Source of the DNA: Azolla caroliniana | Lineage: Eukaryota > Plantae > Polypodiophyta | Length of the DNA stretch: 64,000 bases | Reading direction: 5' to 3' | Assembly (NCBI GenBank): GCA_043228905.1 | Contig: JBHGNT010000011.1 | Span: 9,920,001 to 9,984,000, forward strand | Shown here: one piece after another, positions 15,601-28,661 of the stretch | How the letters are laid out: every line of letters begins with the position of its first letter | How positions within the stretch are numbered: position 1 is the first letter of the stretch | Translations under genes and position numbers: made by a program | Notes under the pieces: model-generated | What the model was told of the DNA's origin: nothing | Databases searched by the model: none | What the model saw: the letters and a program-made list of their open reading frames with translations, nothing else

Positions 15601-15919
15601 TGGGTTATATTATATCAACTGTTGTACCTCAGTCCATTGGAATGACCATCTGGCCACCTTTTCTGCTGGATAATTATTTCCCAAATCCATTTGGGACACT
15701 AAATATTGAATACAAATTATGCACAAGTATAATGAATCTCTCCCAGAATTCTAATTCTAAGATCAGATGTTATATCCAAGGTTTCTTGAGTTAAAATAGC
15801 ATGGGTGTTTATTCAAAACAAACACATACCCTTTTTTAACAATATGGAAATCCCATCGCTTAACTACATCAATTATTTCTCTAATAGTATCATTCCAATC
15901 CAATTAGAAATATATATAT

Positions 15920-15954
<35 letters not shown>

Positions 15955-18895
15955 TACATACACACCAAAGAAAGAAACAACTACGAACCTTTATAGTAGG
16001 CCTTATAGGTGGATCTTTTGCAATTGAAAAAATACTGAATCTTTTGATGAACAAATCTACTCCCGCAGGTGGACCTTCTATATATGCAGCAGCCTTTGCA
16101 GGTGTATGATCCAACAGCATTTTCCCTTCAAGATGAACCCATCCATTTGGAGAAGCCAGAGCCCTATTACATGATACAAATAAAGGAATAATTAACTGCG
16201 CATTCAATATGGTGTTGATACTTTATAAACTATGAAAAATCACCTCAAACCTATGACCTCTGTAGCTGAGGAACATATAAACGTTCTTTTTATCAGAAGT
16301 AGAATTTGAATGTCACACATAGTTTAAGACCAGAGAAAAATTTGCTGAGAATAGACAGAACAGAATGACTCTCAAAGATATAAAAGAATTGTCAAAAAGG
16401 CTTAAAAGTTGGAGATTGGAACATTAATATGGATTTGAAATGTATTGCAACTTGGTTGATTGATAGTTAGCATTGTCCATAAAGATGTGCTGTTGTGATA
16501 TCTCAAATGTTTTTCCAAACATTAGATGCAAATGAATCATTTAGTATTGCATTTTTTACAAGAAGGATTCCAAAACCATTTGTAATGGTCCAATAAAAAA
16601 GCTCAAGAAACTTCTCTACCAAATCCATATTTTCCATGAGGGCTTATGCACTTATTTTGATGGACGGTACTTGACGAAGGTATTAGAGTTAGTGTGAAAA
16701 GCCTAAAGCTTCTCTCTCCTCATGAATTTTTAATGATGAAATAGCAGTAGACTTCTTACTTGGCAAGAGTTATATATTGTTCCTCACCAGCTTCATTTTT
16801 TGTCCAAAGTGTAGCTAGTACGTGTGCTGAAAACATACCCCCATAAATTCGGACTAACGCAGAAACTTTATATTCTTTGTAAGCTCTTAGCTTTCCAGTG
16901 ATATCTTGCTCTACACCTTGCCATTCACTTGTTCGATCAGTGGCGACAGCGATATACTTCTTTGAAATCTCTTTAAAAATTGAAGAATCAACCAATGACA
17001 GTTTGCATCCTTTACCATACCAATATTCTAAACCATCTTCAAAATCTGGATTCTTTAAGACAATCTCCACCTTTTCTTCGGAGAACTCGCAATGATTATT
17101 CTGATGTTAGAAAAGGAAATGTTACAGGGGCAGGCAAACAAAATAAATCATTATATGGGGTGATGCAATTTTACCTTTGTCATCAAAACATCCTTTTGCA
17201 CTTCAGATGGTGCATGTGGCCTGATATCTACAAGTTTCACAAGGATATCTATACCCACAGGAGCACCTTCTATGTAGAAAATGGCCTTTTCTGGGATTTG
17301 ATCAAGTTGGAAACTTCCCTGAAGCTTTGACCATTCTATATTAGAAGCCTTCACTCTGTAGACATCCAGAAAAATTGATTAAAATCATAGAATTTCTCAT
17401 CTACCTGACACGAAAATTGCAGGTGCTTCTATCAAAGAAATTCAGTACGTATGTTTCTTCTCATATAAGGCGACACCTCATGCAAGACTATGTCATTAAA
17501 TTAGAGCTTAGTCGTTTTAATGCAGCCTGCAACAAACAAATATGGTGCATGTACAGAATTAATGATTAGTGGTACAATCATCATTCTTTATTGCTTAAAA
17601 AGAGGTTAGTTCAAAGCATGCTGCAAATTAATCACATTTTCCACAGAGAAACATGGTACTCAAAAGAAAACTCCCTTTATGGCATTGTTCTTATCCACAA
17701 GTCCAATGTACAAATATCAAATGCAAGAGTATAAATAACTACGAAAGATCCCAGTGACTACTGTTTTAATTACCTTACCCTTGTCACTTAAGTTTGAGCT
17801 TCAGGAATTTCAGAAAACGGGTGTACAATTATCAGAGCCAATATGACTATTCCTATCTCCACAATTGATGAGATATCAAAGCGTATGAATCAACCCTCAT
17901 CCTTATATATATATATATATTCATGACAAAGGTTATAGTCTTGTTTCAAGGAGGTAAAAAGGGCATATAGAAGCACTATATGAGTTTCCAAACAGGGAAT
18001 AGTATCGATATATATTTGTCGATTGCAACCAACAGTCCCTCAAACCTCTACATCATCTAGATAATGAACCCCATGGGCAATGTGTGAAAGTTGCATCATT
18101 CTCTAAATTATTTATCCAATGCATCAACTAAGTCTCGATTAATCAAAAGGATAAATACATGTAGACCTGCTTCATTGCAATAAGCTTCCCATGACAAGCA
18201 AATGATGCTAATATTTCGTCAACACTAAATATCAAGCACCTGGTATGCTAAATTGCATCATATGCATAGGTTATATATCCCATGAAATTATGACAGTGCC
18301 AGTTTTTATGGAGTTAAATGTATTTACAAAGTTCTACATAATCTAGTGACTACTGAATTTTACATATTTTCATCTCGCAATAAAAACAGAAATAACAACA
18401 AAGGAAAGGAATGCTGACATGCTAATGCTTGTCTTTTTTTTTTTGCAAGCCTCCTATATTAGTATTTCCTCCCTCCATAGAATTTATTTGCATCAGACAG
18501 CTTAACTGACACATATAATCCAGATTCAGCTTTGGTTGAAGAAAAAGGTCAGAGAAGAATAGAACATACATTCCAATTGATAGATATTTTGTTGGTGCAT
18601 TAGGATTCTCCAGCCGTAGGGTTGCTTTAATATCTATAGCTGTTCCCGATGCATTCGGAAGCATTACCATAACAGTCACACCATATGTTACATTCAACTG
18701 TAGTTGCGGCGTAAGGTCTTGTTCTAGCCCATTCCAGGTTTGCTTTCTTTTCGTGATAAGGCATACAAACTGCCCATCTATTATGGATCCTGATTCACGA
18801 TTCTTTGAGGGTAAGACATATGCAGCACATGAGTTGCTGTGCCAGCCTCGAATGCCTAGATTGAAATTGGGGTTGAAAACTATGTTTCGATCCAT
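12684..18895 (-). CDS. Endo-1,4-beta-xylanase, GH10 with three N-terminal CBM22/CBM4_9 modules (AtXYN1-like), ~900 aa; exons 18895-18570, 17355-17175, 17100-16760, 16163-15989, 14897-14361, 13826-12684
   Basis: Six exons with GT-AG junctions join in frame (2703 nt). There are three N(P/S)xFxxGL/IxxW CBM starts. GH10 motifs are present: FENEIKW, RGHCIFW, DVNNEMLH (acid/base Glu), GIGVQGH and WFTEVD (nucleophile Glu). Confidence 0.95.
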
Positions 18896-19594
18896 TTGAA
18901 CAGGTTGACTCTTTAATAATAAAAGAAATCCTTAGATCAGTATACAAATCCAAGCGCACAACATGATGCAGTTGTATAAAGACAAGATGAATAAGATCTT
19001 TTAATATTATGGACGTTTGCTTTTCTGGCACGATCCCAGAACGTAATCCAGTCAACTTACAGATCTTACTCCCATCTCCTATCTACAGCAAACACTATAA
19101 ATCCTCCTCCATAGATCAGATGCTTCTCCTCTAGGATCTAGATCATATAATGGTGATCATAGTCAATGTAATATTCATCTCTTATTTATTTTACTGCACA
19201 CTACAGTTAAAAAAGCACGATATAAGGATATCAAACCCAGTGATTCACAAGAAAATGAAGGTTTAGCGTTTGGTGAGAAATTCTCTCAAACCTGGAAATA
19301 TGGTGATGAAACAAAACAAAGCAAACCCACTTTGCAGAGTGTACCTCTCTTGTCTGATGAAAACCTTTTCTCCAACCCTAGCTATACACCATATACTGTG
19401 TATCTTGACAAGAGATGATTGCATATACATACTCTACTAGATGAGGGACCTGTCCTTCTGCACCATCTCTCAACAACCCTAAAACTAAACTAAACTCATA
19501 GCATTGGCTCCTGACAATCATTATTATTATGATTATGATTGTGATCCCATATCCTCTGGGTTGCAGGGATCATATGAATATGTATGTATCGGAG

Positions 19595-19685
19595 CCGATG
19601 ACACGCAATGGACGCAATCGTGGAAGCCAAATGACACACGATGGACGCAATCGTAGAAGCCAATGACACACGATGGACGCAATCG
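19595..19685. repeat. Three tandem ~34-bp units upstream of the xylanase gene
   Basis: atgacac(g/a)c(a/g)atggacgcaatcg repeated three times. Confidence 0.8.
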
Positions 19686-20049
19686 GAGACTTCCTAGCAT
19701 AGCTTATGATGGACCACCTCAACTTCATTCCAATCGAGAGATTGATTATACAAGGAGGTGTGTAATGTCATTCATTCCATGGGCTAGTAGATCGTAAAAG
19801 CACTTGCTTGCATGATTCGATGACCTTAGTTCGCTCAATTAATGTTGTGTTTGCACATACATACATACAACTTCATAAACCCTAAAACATTGCCTACGCA
19901 ACCAATCATCGATCACCCTCTCCGTTCGCCAAAGTCTAGTCTTGTATTCCACAAATCTAAGAAACAGTTTGAGGGTGACATTCTCGGAACTAATCTCACC
20001 CTTCTACACACACAATCTACATGTTTCTCTCTCTCTCTCTCTTTCGTAA

Positions 20050-21710
20050 ATAATGGCTTTCATTATGAAAGAAAAAAACACCACCATGACTAACTTACTA
20101 CAAAGTATAGAACCCTTCTATCAAGGGATCTAAAGAATACTATGACACCAAACTCAATGCCACCCTACACACCAATTCAAATGGCGAGTATGATGATATG
20201 TGAGCTTGCAGAGTTCTCTCTCTTCCTGGTTGAGATTTTGTGACTTCTCTAGCATTGTCAATTGCCACAAAAGAAGTCCTTTTAACTTTAGAACATATTT
20301 TCTCACCCCAACTTGCGAATAAAAAATGAAGGCATTCCGCATATTCCAATTGAACCATAGCCCCCAATACCTCAAGAACTCAAAAATAATTTGAAAATGA
20401 GGCATCGGTTCATTGTTCTCCATATGTGCAAAAACCCCAACTGAAGGAAGATATACTTACTCCTGTTAGAGACTTCCACACTAAATTGATACACCTCCAA
20501 ACCATCCTTGCCATCGGGCATGAAATAAATTGATGCCTACTATGTTCCAATTCCACCAAACAAAAGAAACATAATCCTTTAGTAATGTTTCTTTTTTTTA
20601 ATGCATCCCCTAATGGTAAAGCTCCAACCATAACTCTCCAAATAAATACCTTGGCTCGTAGCATCAATCGAGAACACCAACCTACCTTGATCACATGAAA
20701 CCACCAAGTAATGGGCTTATGAAAACCCCATATCTTTATAACCCTTTCTTCCAACCACTTATGTTTGTCAATCAACTTGTGATAAGCAACATTCGTTGAG
20801 ATCATAGTCAATCTCTTATTTCCAACAAACCTCCAATCAAGCTCTTGAGATCGCTCATCTAAATCAGGAATTGGCTCATGCAAAGATAGTATTTGTTACA
20901 ACTTATCCCAAATAAAGTTATAACCTTTTGGAATACGAAATGTAGATCTTATTGTTTGAAAAGCCATTAATCTTCTTTGTGAAACCAACATAGCATCCTT
21001 AACTGTTATCAAACCCAATCTAGCCATCCGAGTGCACTCTACCTCAACCCATACGGGACACTCTTGCTTTAATATATCTTGATATTCCACTAGTGGTCTC
21101 CATGCAACAATATGAACCAAACTTTTCTCATAAAAAACAAGCAATTTATTGAGTAATTTCTCTTTATACTCTTGTGATACCAAAACAACCTCATAAAATC
21201 CATGAGGACCAACATAAACATCCTGAAGACAATTAGCTTGTAAAATCCCACGTAACCATTGTTTGACCCTCCAAAGGAAAGGTATCTTTCCCGTGAAAAA
21301 CAATATGACCCCTTTATCACAAAAATTAACAAATGACCCCAAAAACTCCTTATTGTCTATTTCTACCTTAGCCACTTCATCGTCAACAAACTCCTCAGCA
21401 ACTTTCACATTCTCCCTTATACAATCTTCCATTAATATATTTGCCATGCATCTTAAATGTTCCCAATGACTATCATCTTTCTCAATATCATCTTGTCACA
21501 TTGCATGAGCATAAGACATGTCATTACTATTATCTCCAATACATCGTTTTCTTTTACCATCCCCTCTTGGGCTTGATACTGACTCAACCATGCATGCATC
21601 CTTTGAAGAATTTGGAGACTCATCCATATTCATGAAAACACTACCATCCATATGACAAGAAATAGGAGAGAGCTCACTTACAAGTAATTGTGTTGGAGAA
21701 GGAATCAAAG
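20050..21710 (-). mobile_element. Internally deleted L1-like LINE remnant (ORF1 DUF4283-like part fused to ORF2 zf-RVT end)
   Basis: ORF 20896-21447 has ILFFTGK...VYVGPHGFYEV...IVAWRP...CPVWVE (ORF1-like). ORF 20410-20883 has RAKVFIWR...LP...C..C....E...H.F..C (zf-RVT). Confidence 0.7.
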
Positions 21711-21917
21711 CAAGCGATCATTAGATGCATGCAATCGAATGGAATTTTTACTTGTAACGTTCTACTAATACCACCAAATGATGCGTGTAGATACCCTTTA
21801 GAAAGCTCTATGTGCAGGCTTCGAAACGAGCTAAAGAACAAAGGAAACGGACACCGTAGCAAGAAGATACATCAAAATTAGTGTTTGTCCTTCTCCAACA
21901 TCTCCGAGCTTTGTGTT

Positions 21918-21956
<39 letters not shown>

Positions 21957-21994
21957 AAAACACACAAGTATATTAATAAATGTGTGAGAAACAT

Positions 21995-22930
21995 AACTTA
22001 CAATGGGTGTCACAATGGAGTATCAACATTGTTGGGATTCTGGTTGTATGCCTCAAGCTTGGAAGGTTGATCTAATTAAATTAGTTCCAAATGCAGCATC
22101 TCCCGATTCATTTCATCAATGGAGACCCATTTCATTGATGGGGGGGGTGTATAAGATATTTACAAAGGTCTTGGGAAATAGATTACAAAAGTATTTGCCA
22201 AAGTTGATACATCCTGCCCACTATGGTTTTATTGTAGGTAGGAATATATTGCATGATGTGTTGAATGTTCAAATGGCCATGGATTATGCACAAAACACTC
22301 ACCAATAATTGATTATGGTGCAATTAGATTTGGAGAAAGTTTTTGATCATGTTAATTGGTCCTTTGTTTCCAGGTTAATGCATAAATGGGCTTTGGACCA
22401 CGTATATCTCGCCTCATATTTATATTTGGACAAGATGCAGTGTCTCGAGTAATGCTTAATGGGGGAGTTACATCATATATTGCTATTGTTACTCATCCCT
22501 TGTTAGTGATGTTATCACGGCTTGCAACAAATGGTGACATTGTGGGTCTACACCTTTCGTTTGGAAGGGCAACTAGTAGCACAAGTTTTGGCAAATGATT
22601 CTTTTCATGTTTCTACAAGCCTCATGGGAGAATCTTGAGAAGGAGATACTTGTATGGAACCAATTTGCATTGGCTTCGGGATTACATATTAATTGGAGGA
22701 AGTCTAGTCTCGTATCATGTACTAAAAGGGATTTGGAATGTTTAGGATGGCAAGGATCCTTGGTGAGGAAAGGCTCCATTTTTCGACACTTGGGGTATCC
22801 ATTGAGAATGAATGTTACAAATGGTCAATTGATTGAATGGATGTCTAGTAAGTTAATGGATAAGTTCATGTATTGGAAGTAACAATCTTGGCCATTTCAT
22901 GTACTCTTGAAGGTTATTCAATGTATTATG
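21995..22930 (+). pseudogene. L1-like LINE reverse transcriptase remnant, interrupted at 22930 by the TE nest
   Basis: Contains WRPISL...YKIFTKVLGNRL, QLDLEKVFDHVNW, SGLHINWRKS and FRHLGYPL RT motifs, with stops and frameshifts. Confidence 0.85.
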
Positions 22931-24262
22931 TGTTAGGAATATGTCCTTCCTGTGGGAGGAGCTGACAATCGAAGACAAGGTGTAGCCAACTAGTCGGGCT
23001 GAGAGCTGACAATCAATGACATGGAGAGTTGACAGTAGATGATCCAAGTCAAAGACAAGACCAACTAGTCGGGCTGACTAGACAGTCGACATAGGAGTCG
23101 GCTAGTCGAAAAGACTAGTCAACCAATCAACTTATTAACTACTATTGTTGTTACTATAATAATAATAGTAGTAATAGGGAATACATTTGTAAATAGCCCA
23201 TAGAGTGTATAAGTATAAATACACTTAGGGCAAACACAATGATGTAGAATAGAACAAAAAGAGTAGAACATAACGTAGTGTTGTGCAGAGTGTGTGTTTG
23301 AGAGAGAGAGCGATGACAAAGTTTAGTGAACTTGCCACAAACCCTAAGTGGTTATCATTTGAGTATAAGAGAAGAGCTATAATTGTTTCTTGTATTCTCT
23401 ATTGTATAGTGGATCTCTATTCCCGTGATTTTCCCCATTTAGGGTTTCCACATAAAACTTATGTACTATGTGTATTCTGTGTATTTGTTGTTGTTTTTCC
23501 ACGTGTTGTCTGTACATTTTAGCATATCTTCCTCATAAATCTACGATCCCATCTCAATAAACTGGTATCAGAGCTATAGTGCAAAGATGGAAGGAAGTGT
23601 GACTAGTTTTCTAGGAATGATGGTCCGGAACTGACACAACTATGCAATTTGGAAGATCAAGATGGAAGATCTTCTCGTTGTCAAAGATCTGTACAAGCCC
23701 ATCGACATAGAGCAAGTACCCATTGGGGTATTAGAGTCTGAATGGAAACTCCACAACAGGAAGGCGGTGGCCACCATCAGATAGTGCGTAGATGTCAGTG
23801 TCCTTCAGCATGTGGCGAATGACACAAATGCCTACGAGATGTGGCAGAAGTTGTCAGGGCTATATGAGAGGAAGAATGCCTTGAACGAGACATCTTTGAT
23901 GAGGAAGATTGTACGATTGAAGTACATGGACGGAGAGAGCATAGTTGAACACATCAACACATTTAGGGGGCTAGTAGATCAACTTGCGACAACCAAGTTT
24001 CCCCTGGATGGTGCTATGAAAGCCCTACTACTAATGTGTACCCTACCGAACAGTTGGGAGAACTTGGTGGTGACTATCAACAACTCATGTCTAGAAGAGA
24101 ACTTGTCTCTACGAGTGATAAAGACAAGTATCCTGAACGAGGAGACAAGAAGGAAGGACAAGGGTGTCCTGTCCCAGTCAGAGTCAAACCTGACTCAACA
24201 TTCCGGTAGAGGAAGGAACAGATAGAGAAGTCCACAAAGGAGGCACAAATCCCATGCCAGAT
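22931..24262 (+). mobile_element. Ty1/Copia 5' fragment: LTR (~22931-23560), tRNA-iMet PBS (23563), gag remnant
   Basis: TG start, PBS tggtatcagagc, and gag-like NYAIWKIKMEDLL...MWQKLSGLYE...LLLMCTLPNSWE...ILNEETRR. Truncated before pol. Confidence 0.85.
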
Positions 24263-24519
24263 CCAAGGATCGGATCATTTCTTGCTTCACTGCATTTTTG
24301 TTATAGTTCAAGTCTCGCGCCACTTTCTGTTGGTGAGGATCGATTTCGATCGCTCACCTTCTAGTTTCGGTGGGGGTCACAACCGCTCACTTTCTTGGTG
24401 GGGATCGCATGGGTTTCTCACTAGCGCTACCATTTGTGCCATGTCTTGAGTCAACTTCGACTATTTACCCTCTCATAATAGAAAAAGTTGAGTCGACTGC
24501 TTCACTTGCACTCCTTCGC

Positions 24520-25262
24520 CCGTTGTTGTTCCAATTCTCGGTGAGGGTCGTATGGTCACTCACATCCGTTCGTGTTCAGTTCTCGGTGAGGGCCGCATGG
24601 TCACTCACGCCTATTTGTGTTTTTGATGAGGACCGCACATGGTCACTCATGTTCCAGTTCTTGATGAGGGCCACACATGGTCGCTTGCGTCCGTTTGTTT
24701 CCAGTTCTTGGTGAGGGCCGCATGGTCACTCACGCCCGTTGGTGTTCTTGTTCCAACTCTCGACGAGGACCAACATGGTCTCTCATGCTCGTTGGCGTTC
24801 GTGTTCCCTGTGAGGACCGCACATGGTCGCTCACTCCAATTATTGTTTGTGTTCCAGATCCAGGCTAGGACCGACATGGTTGCTCATGCCTATTGCTGTT
24901 CGTGTTCCCTGGGAGGACCGCACATGGTCGCTCACTCCAATTATTGTTTGTGTTCCAGATCCAGGCTAGGACCGACATGGTTGCTCATGCCTATTGTTGT
25001 TCATGTTCCAGTTCCTGGTGAGGACCACAAATGGTCGCTCACGAATGTTGGTGGTCGTGTTCCAACTCTCGGCGAGGATGGACATGGTCTCTCATGCCCA
25101 TTGGTGTTCGTATTCCCCGTGAGGACCACACATGGTCACTCACGCTCGTTGGTATTCTTGTTCCAGTTCCCGAAGAGGACCGCACATGGTCGTTAATGCC
25201 CATTGGTGTTCGTGCTCCCCGTGAGGACCACACATGGTCACTCATGCCCGTTGGTGTTCAAT
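24520..25262. repeat. Degenerate GC-rich tandem repeat (~40-45-bp units) in the 3' internal region of an LTR element
   Basis: More than 15 copies of the core gagg(a/g)cc..acatggtc.ctca. The array lies just upstream of the PPT aagaggggggaat (~25408-25420). Confidence 0.85.
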
Positions 25263-25422
25263 ACCTTGTCTTCTAGAAGGGTTACTCCGGTATTGTCTTC
25301 TAGAAGGGTTACTCCTTGTCTAGGATTTACAAAATACTTTGGAGGTGGTCTAAAATTTTCATCAACAGTATCCCCTTAAGCCAAGGACCGATTTTGGAAG
25401 GCGACTTAAGAGGGGGGAATAA

Positions 25423-25586
25423 TGTCACATTCTAGACTCGAACCTTTGACTTTTAACACACACAACACATTATGTTGTGTTAACCATATGGAAACTCCTG
25501 TGAACTGTCCACATTTGATTGTGAACTTGTATATATTGTAGAGTCTAGTGTATAGTACATTCGAGAATATTCGAGTCGTTAGTATA
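25423..25586 (+). mobile_element. Left half of an LTR (TGTCAC...) split by the DNA transposon
   Basis: Starts TGTCAC directly after a polypurine tract. It continues at 43199-43526 and ends GTGACA. Both halves carry the related (gt)atattc(t/g)(a/c)ga-type motif. Confidence 0.8.
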
Positions 25587-25623
25587 TAACACGTTCGCGT
25601 TCACAAGTGGAAGGATCGCGCAT
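25587..25623 (+). repeat. Left terminal inverted repeat
   Basis: taacacgttcgcgttcacaagtggaaggatcgcgcat. Confidence 0.9.
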
Positions 25624-28600
25624 AAATGGAAGGATAAGGGAAATTTTGGTTGATTTTAGGGCTTTTTCAATGATTTTACAAAACACATTGATACCAATAT
25701 CATACATGTTCAAACATACTATGAAAAAGGTTAAAAATCCACTATTTTCGTGATTTAGAAGTAACTAAAAAAAGACCAATTTCAAAAAGATACATTCTCA
25801 ATTTATATCACAAACTTTACAACCAATGTTATTTTATAAGAAACGATTTTTTAGAAATCATAAGAATTCAAAACACATGCTTTTATATTACTCGATTTGT
25901 TACAAGCGGAATGTAGTTACACTTAATAGCCAAATATACATTCATGATCATTCCTTTATGGAGAATCACTACTATAACTAATATCCAATGACGATTCCTC
26001 CTCATCATCCTCAGATGTACCAATCAGTGCATTATCTTCGTCATAAACCAAATGGTTTGACTCTAGATGATATGTAGCAGATCTCGTTTGCCTTTGAGTC
26101 GAGCCACCTTGTAGACCTGGTAATTTTTCTTTTATTATATTTATTGTTGACTTCCTTAATCGTCCGGCTTTTGTAAGTGTGAAGTCGTACACGATGATAT
26201 ACACATCAGAGATATCAAGGGTCGAGGTGTTACGAATGTTTCGCTTCCTCTTCCTACCTCCCCTTCTTGTTGGGCATTCAATCATCTCCAATGTATACTT
26301 ACCTGTAAAAGCATTTGCACTTCTAGTGTTGTACCAATGAACATTTATAGACTTGATCGTGTTTTCTATTTCATGCATTAGCACTTCTAGAATTTTACCA
26401 ACCCAAAATTGGTGGCCATGTGAGTTCTCATCAGCCGGCGTTGCAATCAACATCCCCGCGGTGAGCTCTTGCAAATTGCCTTGCCATCTAACTTCGGCTG
26501 CTTTGGTCATCCTTGGTCCCACATAAATGTCTCTTTGTTGTGGATGAACTAAGCTGTCATTAATCGCATTTGCTAGTTGCTCCGGAGTTCTATTTACGCG
26601 ATCATGTTGCAGCGACCATGTGAATGGCGTTTCCAAATTCCAATTATCACCAGATACACAATTGTCTATAATTCCTTTCTGATCACTATAAAATACATCT
26701 CACCATGACGTGTCTTGTTGTGCGGCATATTTCTTGGCGGCCTCAATATGCTTTCTTTTTTCTTCTAAGGCTTGGAGCCATGACCGTTTTTGTTCTGATA
26801 CCAAGTCGATTTGTAACTGTCCTTTCTTCTCAATTGGCATTTGCTTAGCTCCATGGACAATTGTACTCGGCATACAAAGTAATAACTGGCAACCACCTTC
26901 AGGTTCCCATGTTGTAGAAGATGAATATTGTTTAGCATACAAAAGTGTAGAACCACTTATTCCATTTTTCTTTATCATAAAAATGTGATTGAAACTTATA
27001 TTGTTTAATTGAGCAAGCACTTTAACATTCCCACCACCCCCATCTGATATATATCTCTTAAAGTCATATACCTCCTTCAAGTGTAACACTTTTGGGCGTG
27101 GTGTATATGCATCACAAATGACATCAAATAGTTTAGGTAAAGTGAAAGCATCATGCTGAGACAACTGTCTGGAGAATGTGCTAAACATCTGATCTATATG
27201 GTCATGTGTGTGGCCAACCAAAAGAAAATTGACTTTCACTTTCCTAAACAATTCTTGGTTGACCAACATACTTAAATAGCCAAATACAGTTGAATTTTTG
27301 TTCTCTCTAGCAGTATTGTCCAATTGAATGTATAGAACAGGGGGGAAAGGTTGGCCCCAAGACATCAAAACTTGGTGAATGACTGTAATTGTTAGCTTAG
27401 GGTCATTGTGAACATTGGGGTATGTAATGAAGACATGAGGTCCAACAGACCTATTATAAGCCAAGCATCCCACCAAGTGCATTTGAACAAGGCACTCATC
27501 ATTGACATCTTTGGGGAGCCTCCGCATATGCGGCAAACACGTCTTCTTCTGGTCCATGCCATCTATCATTAAGCACATGTATTGTTCGGGCCTCTTCAAA
27601 CACTTCTCTCTATGATGCATCACCTTCTTTCGTTCTAAGGATTGTGCCTCACGATGCTCTTGTAGTAACTTCTTACTCATATCCTTTTCCATTGATGTCT
27701 TTGCACCTTTAGCCAAACTTTTAAGATTTGCACAAATGGAGCAATACCCCATACTTACTTTACGAGGAATGATAACATTTGAAAACCGAGCCCTCCATAA
27801 TCTTGTGAATTGGCTATAGGTGATAGACTTATTACGTGAGCCCAACATATCAGATCGATAGACATCATAAACTTCCCGACGTGTATAATTATCAGAAAGG
27901 TGCATCCTACCTGTAGTGGGCATTACTTCACAATTTAACTGAAAGTAAGTTTTCATCCAACCAATAGCATGTCTTCCAATTGCACCTTTCATACTTGGAA
28001 CCTCTTTACAATTGAGCATCTGATCCCCGCTAAGTAGACGTTGTTGTACTCTATGTAGCCGCATGTTACTAACACATAACGCAATTTTGAATGCAACTCT
28101 ACATATCTGTTGCGCATGGAAGATATAATACTTGAATGATACTTTGATCCCCGTACATTTGTCAGATACTAGTTGCATATGTGACCCGAGGTAAGTGTCT
28201 TGCTCATCACCGGTCATCTAAAAATAGTATTGTCAGGAACAGTACTAAGACAGAGAAGGAATTAGTACTAAAAGAAGTATTAGTACTAAGAGAGGTGAAG
28301 AACTCTCGAGAGAAGGAAAGAGTGAGTGAGAGGGAGGGAGAGAGAGAGAGAGAGTGATGATAAGAAAAGATATATATTATGTGAAGAAAATGTACAGTAG
28401 CTAGGAGGCTTAAGACTGACGTTAAACCGATTTGGTTCGAAATAATGCCTTGTGCCTCCTTTTATAGTGTTCTAAGGAATACTCCTGAAGTTTCTAGAAT
28501 GTTCCAGAGAAATCTGGAATATACATCAATTTTCTATAATAAAATATAAATGAAAATAATATTCTATGTATTACAATGTATAGTCTAATGGTGAAGAGCT

Positions 28601-28661
28601 CGACCCATGTAGTATAAGGTCATGGGTTCGAGTCTTGCCATATCATGACACTATCCCCCCT

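Noticed and set aside
24520-25262. Conserved core with variable intervening sequence, superficially CRISPR-like
   Set aside because: The intervening segments are mutually homologous, so this is a degenerate tandem repeat inside an LTR element.
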